DNA of 63,768 nucleotides, filler included, from Reclinomonas americana ATCC 50394 (taxonomy: Eukaryota): the NCBI GenBank assembly GCA_048213135.1. It is 6 parts of 4 records of this genome, joined end to end, with 100 filler letters (N's around TTAATTAATTAA, not from the genome) between each part and the next. Parts side by side here need not be neighbours in the genome. Positions count along the whole stretch, not along the records: positions 47,035 to 58,174 come from PS015244.1; positions 58,275 to 61,684 come from PS015247.1; 4 more parts are not named here. One strand, written 5' to 3'. The notes under the pieces are model-generated. The model had not been told where the DNA came from. It saw nothing but the letters and a program-made list of their open reading frames with translations, and made no database searches. Positions 47,110 through 59,852 of the stretch are shown piece by piece (the stretch's first letter is position 1; the number at the start of each line of letters is the position of its first letter). Both the position numbers and the translations under genes were made by a program.

Positions 47110-47940
47110 GCAGAAGAAAGAAGAAGAATTCGAAGAAGGACGAATTGTTGTCGTGCTGATCTGCAGTTCTGCAGTGAAGGATGTACATTAATACATAACC
47201 ACGACCGGCAAGCATCAAGCTGCCTCACACAAACACGCTGCGTTGCGATTGAGTTTCCGAACAAAAGCGCGGGAAATCCATCATCAACACTCACACAACA
47301 CACAATGAGCAGCGAGGGCGTCGCCGACGGCTCCTCTCCGCCCATGTCGCCCACCACAGCCGCCGCAGCAACGGCATGCGTGCAGCCAGGGATCCGGAAA
47401 GAATTCGAAGAAAAGCAGAAGAAGAAGATCTAGAAGAAGGACGAATTGTTGTCGCGCTGATCTGCAGTTCTGCAGTGAAGACTATACATCTCTACATAAT
47501 CACGATCGCAATAATATCAAGCTGCCTCAGGACCATTGAGTTTCCGAACATTTGCGCGGGAAATCCATCCATCAAAACACAACACACAATGAGCAGCGAG
47601 GGCGTCGCCGACGGCTCCTCACCGCCCATGTCGCCCACCACAGCCACCGCAGCAACGGCATGTGTGTTGCCAGGGATCCGGAAAGAATTCGAATAAATGC
47701 AGAAGAAGAAGAAGAAGGAAGTATTGTCGTGCTGATCTGCAGTTCTGCAGTGAAGACTATCCATCTATACATTATCACGAGCTCGATCACCACAATGATA
47801 TCAAGCTGTCTCAGGAGCATTGAGTTTCCGAACATTTGCGCGGGAAATCCATCATCAACACAACACAACACACAATGAGCAGCGAGGGCGTCGCCGACGG
47901 CTCCTCCCCGCCCATGTCGCCCACCACAGCCGCCGCCGCC
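47110..47940 (+). repeat. Tandem triplication (~285-bp unit) of upstream region plus first codons of the downstream gene
   Basis: ATGAGCAGCGAGGGCGTCGCCGACGGCTCC occurs at 47305, 47589 and 47875, each preceded by the same upstream block. Confidence 0.92.
47840..47847 (-). promoter_or_regulatory. Candidate E2F site TTTCCCGC (also 47269-47276 and 47556-47563)
   Basis: GCGGGAAA about 30 nt upstream of each ATG matches the E2F consensus TTTSSCGC. Short motif only. Confidence 0.4.
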
Positions 47941-48223
47941 GCAGCAGCAGCAGCAGCAGCAACAACAGCATGTGTGTGGCCAGTGGACACTGAGGCCAGT
48001 GCGCGAGTGATGGAGCTGCAGCTGGTGCGACAGCTGCAGCCGGAGATGGCGTACTTGATGGAGAAGAAGGTGAGGGAGGGAAGGAGAGGGAGGGAGTGAG
48101 TGAGTGAGTGAGTGTGTGCAAGTGAGAGCAAGTGAGTGAGTGTGTGAGTGAGTGAGTGAGTGAGTGAGTGTGTGAGTGTGTGTGTGAGTGAGTGAGTGTG
48201 TGTGTGAGTGAGTGAGTGAGTGA

Positions 48224-48285
<62 letters not shown>

Positions 48286-51200
48286 NNNNNNNNNNNNNNN
48301 NNNNNTCTCCCCTTGCGTACCCTCGTTCCGTCGTCTTTCTCTCTCTCTCTCTCTCCATTCTCTTGTCGTCTCTCTCTCGCTCTCTCTTTCCCTTCTCCTG
48401 TCTCTCTTTCTCTTCTTCCTCCCTCTATTCAACCACCCGCCTTTTGTCTCCCCTAATTCTCGTTTCTCACGTTCTCTTCCCTTGTTCAGTCTCATTCCGT
48501 TGTCTTTTTCTACTTCTTCTCTCTTCTCTGTCCCTTTCGTCTTGTCTCTCTCTCTCTCTCTCTCTCTCTGTCGCGCTTCTCTCTCTCACAGTGACCCACT
48601 TTTGCCTCCCTCTAGTTTCATCTATCGCCTCTCTTCTGTTCACTCACTCCCTTCTCTTCTTGTCTCTTCTCTCTCTCTCCAGAACCTCCTGAGTGGCGCC
48701 TACACCACCTGCGCCGCCTGGGAAGCCGCCGTCCGCACTGCCATCGAGGAAATGATCGAGCTGTTGCCACGGGCTGATCGCCCTGGCAAGGTGCTGCTGA
48801 AGGAGCTGAGCGAGATCTGCGCAGAGGTGAGTCTCGTGCTCTTGAACGCTGTTGTTTCTCGTGCTCGTCTCACTCACCCTCTCCCTCCTCCCTGTCTGCC
48901 TTTCTGTTTCTGTCTCTCTCTCTCTGTGCTTCTCTCCTTCTCCCTCGCCCTCACCTTCTCTCTCTCTCTTTGTCTCTCTCTCTCTTTTTCTGCATGCGCT
49001 GCCCTTTCCCTCTCTCTCCCTTGTCCCTTCCCTCTTCCTCCCTCTTTCCCCCTCTCCGTCCCTCTCTCGTTCTTATGTCTGTATTCCACTCTGCTTCCAT
49101 CTCTCCATCCACATTTCTCTCTCTTGCTACTCTCCTCTTCTTTCCCTTTGTGCCCTTCCCCTCCCTTGCCCTCCCTTCCCCTTTCTTCCCCTCCCTTCCC
49201 CCTCCCTTCCCCCCTCCCTTCCCCCTCCCTTCCCCCCTCCCTTCCCCCTCNNNNNNNNNNNNNNNNNNNNNNNNNNNNNNNNNNNNNNNNNNNNNNNNNN
49301 NNNNNNNNNNNNNNNNNNNNNNNNNNNNNNNNNNNNNNNNNNNNNNNNNNNNNNNNNNNNNNNNNNNNNNNNNNNNNNNNNNNNNNNNNNNNNNNNNNNN
49401 NNNNNNNNNNNNNNNNNNNNNNNNNNNNNNNNNNNNNNNNNNNNNNNNNNNNNNNNNNNNNNNNNNNNNNNNNNNNNNNNNNNNNNNNNNNNNNNNNNNN
49501 NNNNNNNNNNNNNNNNNNNNNNNNNNNNNNNNNNNNNNNNNNNNNNNNNNNNNNNNNNNNNNNNNNNNNNNNNNNNNNNNNNNNNNNNNNNNNNNNNNNN
49601 NNNNNNNNNNNNNNNNNNNNNNNNNNNNNNNNNNNNNNNNNNNNNNNNNNNNNNNNNNNNNNNNNNNNNNNNNNNNNNNNNNNNNNNNNNNNNNNNNNNN
49701 NNNNNNNNNNNNNNNNNNNNNNNNNNNNNNNNNNNNNNNNNNNNNNNNNNNNNNNNNNNNNNNNNNNNNNNNNNNNNNNNNNNNNNNNNNNNNNNNNNNN
49801 NNNNNNNNNNNNNNNNNNNNNNNNNNNNNNNNNNNNNNNNNNNNNNNNNNNNNNNNNNNNNNNNNNNNNNNNNNNNNNNNNNNNNNNNNNNNNNNNNNNN
49901 NNNNNNNNNNNNNNNNNNNNNNNNNNNNNNNNNNNNNNNNNNNNNNNNNNNNNNNNNNNNNNNNNNNNNNNNNNNNNNNNNNNNNNNNNNNNNNNNNNNN
50001 NNNNNNNNNNNNNNNNNNNNNNNNNNNNNNNNNNNNNNNNNNNNNNNNNNNNNNNNNNNNNNNNNNNNNNNNNNNNNNNNNNNNNNNNNNNNNNNNNNNN
50101 NNNNNTCTTCCTCCCCTCCCTCTCCTCTCTCTCCTCCCTCCCTCCCTCCCCTTCCCCCTCCCCAGCTCCAACCCGTCACCTCATTCCTCGAGGGCGTGGC
50201 CCGCCGTCTCCGCCACTCCAAAGACTGCAAACCCAACTCCGTCTACTACGCCTACAACTCCCCCCTGTCCTGCAGCGAGTTGTCCGAGCTCGACAAGGTA
50301 TTCAACCAGAGAAGCCCGCTTCACAATCTCTATTCTGCTCAACCATTTGTGTCACAGCGCGCACGCATCTTCGAGGGCCTTCCGCAGTGCACCTGGCGCG
50401 GTGTCGGTCTGCGTTTCATCTTCCTCCGGCAGGATGGTAGCATGCACGCCGACTCGGCATCATTTGCGCTGCGCCACCGCTGGGTGGAGTGTTCTGGCGT
50501 GGTGTGTGCATAGCAGCATTCTGCGGGGTTTACCTTCGCAGTGGTCTCGTTTCTTCTCGTAACCCCTTCATTCCCTTCCTCCCTCTGTCCTGGTTGTCTC
50601 TTTTCTCTCCTTTCTCTCCTTTCTCTCTCCCTCTCTTCCGTCCCCTTTCCTCACCACCCTCCCCCGACAGACCCCCGAGCGCACCCTTTATTTTCTCTTT
50701 GTGACCCCTTTCTCTCTTCTGTCCCTTCCTATGTCACCGTTGTCTCATTTCTCACCATTCTCTCTCCCTCTCCTCCGGCCCCTATCCTCACCATTCTTTC
50801 CCACCAGCACCCTTTATTTCTCTTCTTGACTCCTTCCTCTCTTCTGTCCCTCCCTCTGTCACAGTTGTCTCTTTCTCGCCATTCTCTCTCCCTCTCTTCC
50901 GTCCCCTATCCTCACCAATCTTCCCCACCAGCACCCTTTATTTCTCTTATTGACTCTTTTCTCTCTTCTGTCCCTCCCTATGTCACTGTTGTCTCTTTTC
51001 TCGCCATTCATTCTCTCTCCCTCTCTTCCGCCCCCTTTCCTCACCATCCTTCCCCCAGACACCCTTTATTTTCTCTTTGTGACCCCTTTCTCTCTTCTGT
51101 CCCTCTCTCTGTCACAGTTGTCTCATTTCTCACCGTTCTCTCTCTCCCTCTCCTCCATCCCCTTTCCTCACCATTCTTCCGCACAAGCGCCCTTTATTTT

Positions 51201-52124
51201 CTCTTCGTGACTCCTTTCTCTCTTCTGTCCCTCCCTCTGTCACAGTTGTCTCGTTTCTCTCCTTTCTCTCTCCCTATCCTCTGTCCCCTCTCCTCCATCC
51301 CCTTCCTCATCATTCATCCCCACAAGCGCCCTTTATTTTCTCTTCGTGACTCCTTCCTCTCTTCCGTCCCTCCCTCTGTCCTAGTTGCCTCATTTCTCAC
51401 CGTTCTCTCTCTCCCTCTCTTCCGCCCCCTTTCCTCACCATTCTTCCCCACAAGCACCCTTTATTTTCTCTTCGTGACTCCTTTCTCTCCCTCTTCTGTC
51501 CCTCCCTCCCTCTGTCACAATTATCTCACTCATTCTCCCCCACCACTTTCCCTCCCNNNNNNNNNNNNNNNNNNNNNNNNNNNNNNNNNNNNNNNNNNNN
51601 NNNNNNNNNNNNNNNNNNNNNNNNNNNNNNNNNNNNNNNNNNNNNNNNNNNNNNNNNNNNNNNNNNNNNNNNNNNNNNNNNNNNNNNNNNNNNNNNNNNN
51701 NNNNNNNNNNNNNNNNNNNNNNNNNNNNNNNNNNNNNNNNNNNNNNNNNNNNNNNNNNNNNNNNNNNNNNNNNNNNNNNNNNNNNNNNNNNNNNNNNNNN
51801 NNNNNNNNNNNNNNNNNNNNNNNNNNNNNNNNNNNNNNNNNNNNNNNNNNNNNNNNNNNNNNNNNNNNNNNNNNNNNNNNNNNNNNNNNNNNNNNNNNNN
51901 NNNNNNNNNNNNNNNNNNNNNNNNNNNTTTTCCTCCCCCCACAGACCCCCGAGCGCACCCTCGGCACCCAAATCACCCAAGAAGTCAAACGCCGCCGCTC
52001 CCTCTACGTCTGGTGGGGCTCTACCGGCAACGGCCACCAGCTCTACGGCGCATCGCAGTTCTTCGACCCCGCGTCGTTGCGTACGAGAATCAAAGCCTCT
52101 CTCTTTTCTCTCACGTGGACCACG

Positions 52125-52165
<41 letters not shown>

Positions 52166-55100
52166 CGCTGGTGATCTTACTCTGATTCATGCACATTCCC
52201 CGCTGCATACTTTCTCATCCTCCTTCTCTCTTACGTGATCTTTTTCTGATTCATACACAATACCCGCTGCATTACTCTCTTCTCGCTCAATCTGTTATCC
52301 GTTTCTCTCTTTCACATACACGCATGACATTCTTAGTCACACACAATACCCGCTGCATTTCTCACTCATCCCTCATCACTCTTTCACGCACACGTGTGAT
52401 GTTTATCTATTCACACACAATCTCGCTGTTTTACATTCTCTCCCTTCATTTCTCTCTCTCTCTTACACACACACACGTGATCTCGCTCTGTTTGTGCACA
52501 ATATTTGCTGGTTTTCTCTCTCCTTCTCCCTCTCCCTCCCTCTCCTTCTCTCTCTCTCCTTCTCCCTCTCCCTCCCTCTCATTCCCTCTCATCCCTTCCC
52601 CTAATATCCCTTCCCCTTTCCAGCCTCTTCGACGACACCTTCATCGCCAAAAACAAGCGCGCCAGCGACGACCAACCACCCCCTCTCCGCTCCATCCGCC
52701 ACGGCTGGAGCAAACCCGAACCAGAGACCCCCAGCGAGCGCCCACCTCTCGCCCTCATCGGCAACCGCGTGGCCCCCACCCCCTCCCTCCGCACCGCCGA
52801 AGCCAAGGCCGTCGTCGAATCGCAGCACGGAAACCCCATGTCGCCCACCTCTCCACGCTCCCCTCCCGGCCGCCACACCCCCAAATCGCCGCGCACACCC
52901 GCCGGCATGTCGGTGTTCTCCTCCCGCGGCGACACACTCTCGGCCGTCAAGGGCCTCTCCATGGACGACGGCGACGCGGGCGGCCCGGCGGACATGCTCA
53001 GCCCCATGTCGGTGGACAGTGTTGCCGGTGGTGGCGCAGGCCGCGGCGGCATTGGTGGTGGTGGTCGACGGACTGGCGCGGAAAGCAGCGCTGGGGTGGC
53101 GTTCACCACGCCGACGGCCGCGGCCCCGCAGTCGCCCGCGCTGCCGGCCGCGATTCCGATGTCCACTGTCGCGCAGGTGAGAGTGTAGGGAAGGTCATTG
53201 GGTTATGGGAAGTGGGAGCTGACTTTTTGAGGTACAGAGTGCCGCACGTCGAAGGCAGTCGTACTTGTTCTCGCGGCCGTCGCTGTCGTTGCCGTTGCCG
53301 TCGCTTGGTGAGTAGGTGGGGATGGTGGAAGGGAGGTGTTGCACATATAGGCCATGGAGTTTTTGAAGCGACTTGCCCTCCTCCATTTTCCCTGTCCTGT
53401 CTCTTCTCGTGCCGAATGGAGGTGTCGCCAACAGAGACTGCTGAGACTTTGGAGCGACACGTCTTCCTCCGCTTTCCGTGTCCTCTCTCTTCTCGTGCCG
53501 GTGGGAGGTGTCGCCAACAGAGACTGCGGAGACTTTGGAGCGACACGTCTTCCTCCGCTTTCCCTGTCCTGTCTCTTCTCGTGCCGGTGGGAGGTGTCGC
53601 CAACAGAGACTGCTGAGACTTTGGCGCGACATGTCTTCCTCCCGTTTCCCTTTCCTCTCTCTTCTCGTGCCGAATGGAGGTGTCGCCAACAGAGACTATT
53701 GAGACTTTGGAGCGACACGTCTTCCTCCGCTTTCCCTGTCCTCTCTTCTCGTGCCGAATGGAGGTGTCGCCAACAGAGACTATCGAGACTTTGGAGCGAC
53801 ACGTCTTCCTCCGCTTTCCCTGTCCTCTCTCTTCTCGTGCCGGTGGGTAGTGTCGTCAACAGAGACTGCTGAGACTTTGGCGCGACATGTCTTCCTCCCT
53901 TTTCCCTTTCCTCTCTCTTCTCGTGCCAAAGGGAGGTGTCGCCAACAGAGACTATTGAGACTTTGGAGCGACATGTCTTCCTCCGCTTTCCCAGTCCTCT
54001 CTCGTCTCATTGCAGACTCGTGCCTTACCTCTTCCTTTTTTTCGCTGTCTTTTGTCCTCTCACTTCATCGTGCACTTTTCTAACGCTCTCCGTTCTTCTC
54101 TCCCCTTTCTTTTCTTCCTCCTCTTCCTTCCTGTTGTCTTTCCTCTCCCAATTGCTGTTCCTCCCAAACCACTTTCCTTTTCCATTCTCTATATTACTCC
54201 TGTCTTTTCTCCTCCAGTTTCCTCACTCTCTTCTATCCGCCTCTTCGCCTCTTTTCTCATTTTCGTGCTTTTCCATCTTTTTCCTTCCTCTATCCCCTCT
54301 GTGTCTTCTCTCTTGCCTTTCTGTGTTCTGTCGCCTTTTTCCGACCTCTCTTTTTTTCTGCCTGTTCTCTATTCGCCCAGCTCCAGTATCCCCTGTCTAT
54401 CCTCTTCTCCTTCATATCCTACACCTCTCCCATTTTCCTTTCTGTTGTATTTCATCTCTCGCATCATTCTCCCTGTCTTCCTGATTCCCTTCATCTCTGT
54501 CCCGTTTGTTCATTCACTTGCTTTGCTCTCTTTTCCGTTTCATGCGTCTCTACTTTTCCATCGCTTCTCCTCCGGCTGCCTCTTTACTTCTTGCCGTCGT
54601 GGGTCTTCCGCTCTTCTTCCTTCTCCTCCTCTCTTTCTCTCTCTCGCTTGTCTCACTCTGTGTTGTCCTTCCGATTTCATTCCTCTCTGCATTCCACTTT
54701 GTTCCCTGTCATCTCTCCTATCCTACATACCTCAACCCTAGACCCCTCCTCTTTCTTCCGTGTCCTGTTTCCCCGTTCCCTTCTACCTGTCTCCTTTCCC
54801 CTCTCTCTCCTCTTCCTTCCTAACCCTCTCCCCCATCCTTCCCCCTTCCCCCTTCCCCTTCTTTTACAGGCTGGCCACCACAACGCCCACACTACGCCAA
54901 GCCAACCACCATCGTGGGCATGCCCGAGGGCTCACTTCCACCTGCCCGCCGCCCCCTGGAAGTCCATCTTCCGCCTCTTGGTTCGCGTCTTTCCCCTCTT
55001 CCCCTCTCTCGCTCTCCTCTCATTCCACCCCGCCGCCAGGCTTCGGCAGCCCACCACTGCCACCGTCGCTGGCGAATCACAAGCAGTTTACGCAATGCCG

Positions 55101-57993
55101 ACTGTGCGGATTCGCTGGCACGTGCGACTCGATGTTCCGACACCCGCACTTTCCCGCGCTTCACCTGTTCCTGTGCGACCAGTGCTGCATCAGCGTCATG
55201 GTGCTCACCGAGGCCTACTACAGTGCCCTCGAGGTGAGCTGCAATAAGGGAAGGGTGGGAGAGATATATATGTTCTCTTTCTCACTACTTGCCTATTTGC
55301 GTGCATTCAGAACGGCACCCTGGCTGAAACGCACGGCGCGCCGTGCTGCTCATGTGGGTGCAGTTCGGAGCTGAGCCACGAGCTCGGCGAATCGGACTAC
55401 GGCATCCAGGGTTGGGTCACCTGCAGCTACTGCGATCGCGTCTTTTGCGGCATTTGTCTGACGGCGGTGTTTGGGTTGAGTCCCGGCGAGGATTGGGGAT
55501 TGGTGTTGTCGTGGGCGTGCGCCGAGTGTGAGAAGCGGTGAGTGGGACGAGTGGGAAAGGGGTGATAAAGAAGAGATAGAGGGAAGTCAAGAGATTGAGC
55601 GGCGTGCAAAGAGGAACAAGAGAGCGCGAAAAACTGGGAAAGAAAGAGTAAGTGAGAGGAGAAGCGAAGCGATACAAGAGAGAGATAAAAATGATTGTCA
55701 AATTTGCAGTGGAAGATGGAGACGACTCTCTTTTTTCTTTCTGTCTCTCTCGTTCTCAGTTCCTCTCTGTCTCGTAGTTCCTCTTTCCTTCTCTTCATTG
55801 AGCAAGAGACAGAGGGAGAAGACGATGGGATAGAAATATGGAGATAGAAAAAAAGAGACGACAGCGATNNNNNNNNNNNNNNNNNNNNNNNNNNNNNNNN
55901 NNNNNNNNNNNNNNNNNNNNNNNNNNNNNNNNNNNNNNNNNNNNNNNNNNNNNNNNNNNNNNNNNNNNNNNNNNNNNNNNNNNNNNNNNNNNNNNNNNNN
56001 NNNNNNNNNNNNNNNNNNNNNNNNNNNNNNNNNNNNNNNNNNNNNNNNNNNNNNNNNNNNNNNNNNNNNNNNNNNNNNNNNNNNNNNNNNNNNNNNNNNN
56101 NNNNNNNNNNNNNNNNNNNNNNNNNNNNNNNNNNNNNNNNNNNNNNNNNNNNNNNNNNNNNNNNNNNNNNNNNNNNNNNNNNNNNNNNNNNNNNNNNNNN
56201 NNNNNNNNNNNNNNNNNNNNNNNNNNNNNNNNNNNNNNNNNNNNNNNNNNNNNNNNNNNNNNNNNNNNNNNNNNNNNNNNNNNNNNNNNNNNNNNNNNNN
56301 NNNNNNNNNNNNNNNNNNNNNNNNNNNNNNNNNNNNNNNNNNNNNNNNNNNNNNNNNNNNNNNNNNNNNNNNNNNNNNNNNNNNNNNNNNNNNNNNNNNN
56401 NNNNNNNNNNNNNNNNNNNNNNNNNNNNNNNNNNNNNNNNNNNNNNNNNNNNNNNNNNNNNNNNNNNNNNNNNNNNNNNNNNNNNNNNNNNNNNNNNNNN
56501 NNNNNNNNNNNNNNNNNNNNNNNNNNNNNNNNNNNNNNNNNNNNNNNNNNNNNNNNNNNNNNNNNNNNNNNNNNNNNNNNNNNNNNNNNNNNNNNNNNNN
56601 NNNNNNNNNNNNNNNNNNNNNNNNNNNNNNNNNNNNNNNNNNNNNNCCCCTTTCTCCCCTTCCCCCTTCCCCCTTCCCCTTCTCCCCCTTTCTTCCCCCT
56701 TCCCTTCCTCGCAGCGGCTACCCCTCCGTCTTCTCCGACGGCACCGAAACCGACGTCTCCGGCTACGAAGGCCCCATCGACGACCAGACGGCCTACGAGC
56801 GGTACCTGTTTGGCACGCTGACACGCACCTTTGCCGCCCAAATCGACCCGAAAGTACTGGAGGTGCCGGTGGAGTTGCGCTGCTTCCACTGCCACCGCGT
56901 GGGGCACGTCATCAAGTGCGAGCGCGACGACTGCCACAAGTGCTTTCACTCGACTTGCTGCGATTGCACCGGTGTCAGCGCCCGTTGCGTCTCTCTTGTT
57001 GCCCTCGTGTCTATGCGCGCCAGGAGATTCATGTAAAAGTGGGTGGCTGACGCAGCGTGGGTGTGTCCGATTCACGAGTGCCACGAGTGTGCGTCGGACG
57101 AGGTCATGTGCTTTTGCGTGACGTGCCCAAAGGCCTTTTGCCGCGACCACCTGCCCGCCGATCGCCTGACGATATCGGAGACTCGTAGCGGTGCCGAGTG
57201 GGTGCTTTGCGGCGAGTGCCAGCCTGCGTACTCGGTTCGTGCGTGGTGTACATTTCTCTCTCCGATGCTTCAAGGAAAGATGGCGACATCCGTCTTCTCG
57301 CGCCGTCTCTCTTCCTCTCCTGTCTGTCTCTTGTCATTCCATTCCTTCACCCTTCCATCATCCTTCCCCTCACTCCTTCCTTCTACCCTCTTCCCCTTAC
57401 ACCTCCCTTTCCCTCTTACTCTCTCTCACTCTCTCCTCCTTCACCCTCCCCCCCTCTGTCTCCCTTCCTTCATCCCTCCTTCATCCCTCCTTCTACCCTC
57501 TTCCCCTTTCCCTCTTTCTCACCCCTTTCTCTCCACCGCAGCTCGCCTGCTTCAACTACAACTTGCACGGCGACTTTATCAAGGATCTCGTGTGCACCGG
57601 CAAGTCCATCAAGCGACCGCACCCGCTGCCGGCGGTGCATGCAGCGGGCGGCGATGACGCAAACGAGGGCTCGGAATTCGCCGCCTTTGGTCGGCCTCCT
57701 CCGCGGGGCCGTGGTGCGACCACGGGGCGACGTCGCTCTGGATTCCGTCGTGCAGCATCCGAGCGTGATACGNNNNNNNNNNNNNNNNNNNNTATGGCGT
57801 GTTTGCGGACGACGGTGGGAGCGGGGAGGCGAGTCGCAGCGGTGCCTTTGGTGGCGATGAAGGAAGTCAGGGTCCGGAGGCGGGCGACGAAGGGGCGCCT
57901 CCCCTGCGTCGGCGCAAGAAGTTGGCGCCGGAGGTAGCACCCAAGAAGCGTGGTCGGCCGCCGTTGAAGAAGAGAGCAGTAGTGGATGAGTGA
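47875..57993 (+). CDS. Chromatin-reader-like protein with ADD-type Zn finger, NSD-type PHD-C5HCH module and AT-hook
   Basis: Exon chain across gaps. CRLCG...HPHFPALHLFLCDQC...CCSCG...CSYCDRVFCGIC...WACAEC (55090-55537, ADD-like). CFHC..GHVIKCERDDCHKCFHSTC...WVCPIHECHEC...FCVTCPKAFCRDH...LCGEC (56880-57220, like NSD PHD5-C5HCH). KKRGRPP before TGA 57993. That all exons form one gene is inferred. Confidence 0.72.
50560..51540. repeat. Intronic pyrimidine-rich minisatellite, ~120-140-bp unit
   Basis: Recurring CCCTTTATTTTCTCTTCGTGACTCCTTTCTCTCTTCTGTCCCTCCCTCTGTCACAGTTGTCTC, about seven copies. Confidence 0.85.
53385..54000. repeat. Intronic minisatellite, ~85-bp unit, about seven copies
   Basis: GGAGGTGTCGCCAACAGAGACT recurs at ~85-bp spacing and the intervening sequence is also repeated. 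Confidence 0.9.
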
Positions 57994-58274
57994 GACGGAG
58001 GGGGGGGGGGGGAGCTTAAGAAGGTGTATTTGAATTTGTCTGCGCATCACAATCGCCGATAGTTCGCGATGAAAAAGGGATGGCGATGGCGCAGGGGAAG
58101 CAAGTGCGGTAAAGTAACAAGTATCGCTTCTCGTGGAGTGCACCGTTGCCTTTGGCACTGATCAACGCCCATCANNNNNNNNNNNNNNNNNNNNNNNNNN
58201 NNNNNNNNNNNNNNNNNNTTAATTAATTAANNNNNNNNNNNNNNNNNNNNNNNNNNNNNNNNNNNNNNNNNNNN

Positions 58275-58803
58275 CGATATCATCTGTTGCTGTCTCCCCC
58301 GATAGTCAGCATGTTGTGAGTGGGAGTGACGACAAGACAGTGCGTGTGTGGTCAATGGTGAGTGGGGAGGAAGTGCGACGAATGGATGGACACACTGGGT
58401 CGGTATTCTCTGTTGCCATCACTCCCGATGGTCAGCATGTTGTGAGCGGCAGCATGGACATGACTGTGCGAGTGTGGTCGTTGACGAGTGGCGAGGAAGT
58501 GCGACGAGTGGATGGACACAGAATTGCGTGGTCCGTCGCCATCACTCCCGACAGTCAGTACTTTGTGAGCGGCGGCCAGGACATGACTGTGCGAGTGTGG
58601 TCACTGGCGAGTGGAGAGGAAGTGCGACGACTTGTGGGGCACTTTGAGGAAGTTCGTTCTGTCGCTGTCACTCCTGACGGCCTCCACGTTGTCAGTGGCG
58701 GTGGAGACGGGACCGTGCGAGTGTGGTCACTGGCGAGCGGCGAGGAGGTGCGACAACTGGAGGGGCACGGTGAGCTTGTGCGGTCTGTCGCCGTCACTCC
58801 TGA
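58275..58803 (+). CDS. WD40-repeat protein fragment (both ends in gaps)
   Basis: Four to five 41-42-aa repeats GH..V.SVA.TPDG.HVVSG..D.TVRVWSL.SGEEVRR; no introns. Confidence 0.85.
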
Positions 58804-59397
58804 NNNNNNNNNNNNNNNNNNNNNNNNNNNNNNNNNNNNNNNNNNNNNNNNNNNNNNNNNNNNNNNNNNNNNNNNNNNNNNNNNNNNNNNNNNNNNNNNN
58901 NNNNNNNNNNNNNNNNNNNNNNNNNNNNNNNNNNNNNNNNNNNNNNNNNNNNNNNNNNNNNNNNNNNNNNNNNNNNNNNNNNNNNNNNNNNNNNNNNNNN
59001 NNNNNNNNNNNNNNNNNNNNNNNNNNNNNNNNNNNNNNNNNNNNNNNNNNNNNNNNNNNNNNNNNNNNNNNNNNNNNNNNNNNNNNNNNNNNNNNNNNNN
59101 NNNNNNNNNNNNNNNNNNNNNNNNNNNNNNNNNNNNNNNNNNNNNNNNNNNNNNNNNNNNNNNNNNNNNNNNNNNNNNNNNNNNNNNNNNNNNNNNNNNN
59201 NNNNNNNNNNNNNNNNNNNNNNNNNNNNNNNNNNNNNNNNNNNNNNNNNNNNNNNNNNNNNNNNNNNNNNNNNNNNNNNNNNNNNNNNNNNNNNNNNNNN
59301 NNNNNNNNNNNNNNNNNNNNNNNNNNNNNNNNNNNNNNNNNNNNNNNNNNNNNNNNNNNNNNNNNNNNNNNNNNNNNNNNNNNNNNNNNNNNNNNNN

Positions 59398-59572
59398 CCT
59401 GTGTGTGACCCTCCAATCGTCGCACTTCCTCCCCACTTGCCAGTGACCACACCCGAATGGATTTATCCACACTTCCACTGATAATGTGATGGCCGTCGGG
59501 AGTGATGGCGACGGAGGAGACTGTATGTGTGTGTCCACGCAAGCACTTGCACAGGAGAGTAGCGGAGGTCAT
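59398..59572 (-). CDS. WD40-repeat protein, N-terminal fragment
   Basis: MTSATLLCKCLRGHTHTVSSVAITPDGHHIISGSVDKSIRVWSLASGEEVRRLEGHTQ, runs into gap; paralogue of 59853-60944. Confidence 0.85.
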
Positions 59573-59695
59573 GATGTGTGTGCGTGTGGGGACGGAGTGA
59601 GTGACGGAGAATCGACGGACGAAGGACGTGTGAAGTGGTCGTGAAGGTGCCACGCACTTCTTCATTATAGCACAGCACACAGAACATAGGCGCAC

Positions 59696-59830
<135 letters not shown>

Positions 59831-59852
59831 AACAAGAAAACAAAAAAGCAAA

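Noticed and set aside
53385-54000. Regularly spaced repeats resembling a CRISPR array
   Set aside because: The intervening sequence is also repeated (no unique spacers), the array lies in a eukaryotic intron, and there are no cas genes.
32364-54823. Long ORFs rich in SL, HT, LP, ER or X
   Set aside because: They are translations of microsatellites, intronic low-complexity tracts or N gaps. Antisense ORFs over real exons were also discarded.
58123-58165. ATCGCTTCTCG...GCCTTTGGC...GATCAA resembling the U2 snRNA 5' end
   Set aside because: It has a 14-nt interruption, no GTAGTA branch-pairing sequence follows, and the contig ends 9 nt later. An Infernal search against the Rfam U2 model would settle it.
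58275-59572. Convergent (inverted) WD40 gene pair or invertible segment
   Set aside because: The + fragment begins at repeat 2, about where the - fragment stops, and both abut gaps. A mis-oriented contig of one gene explains it equally well.
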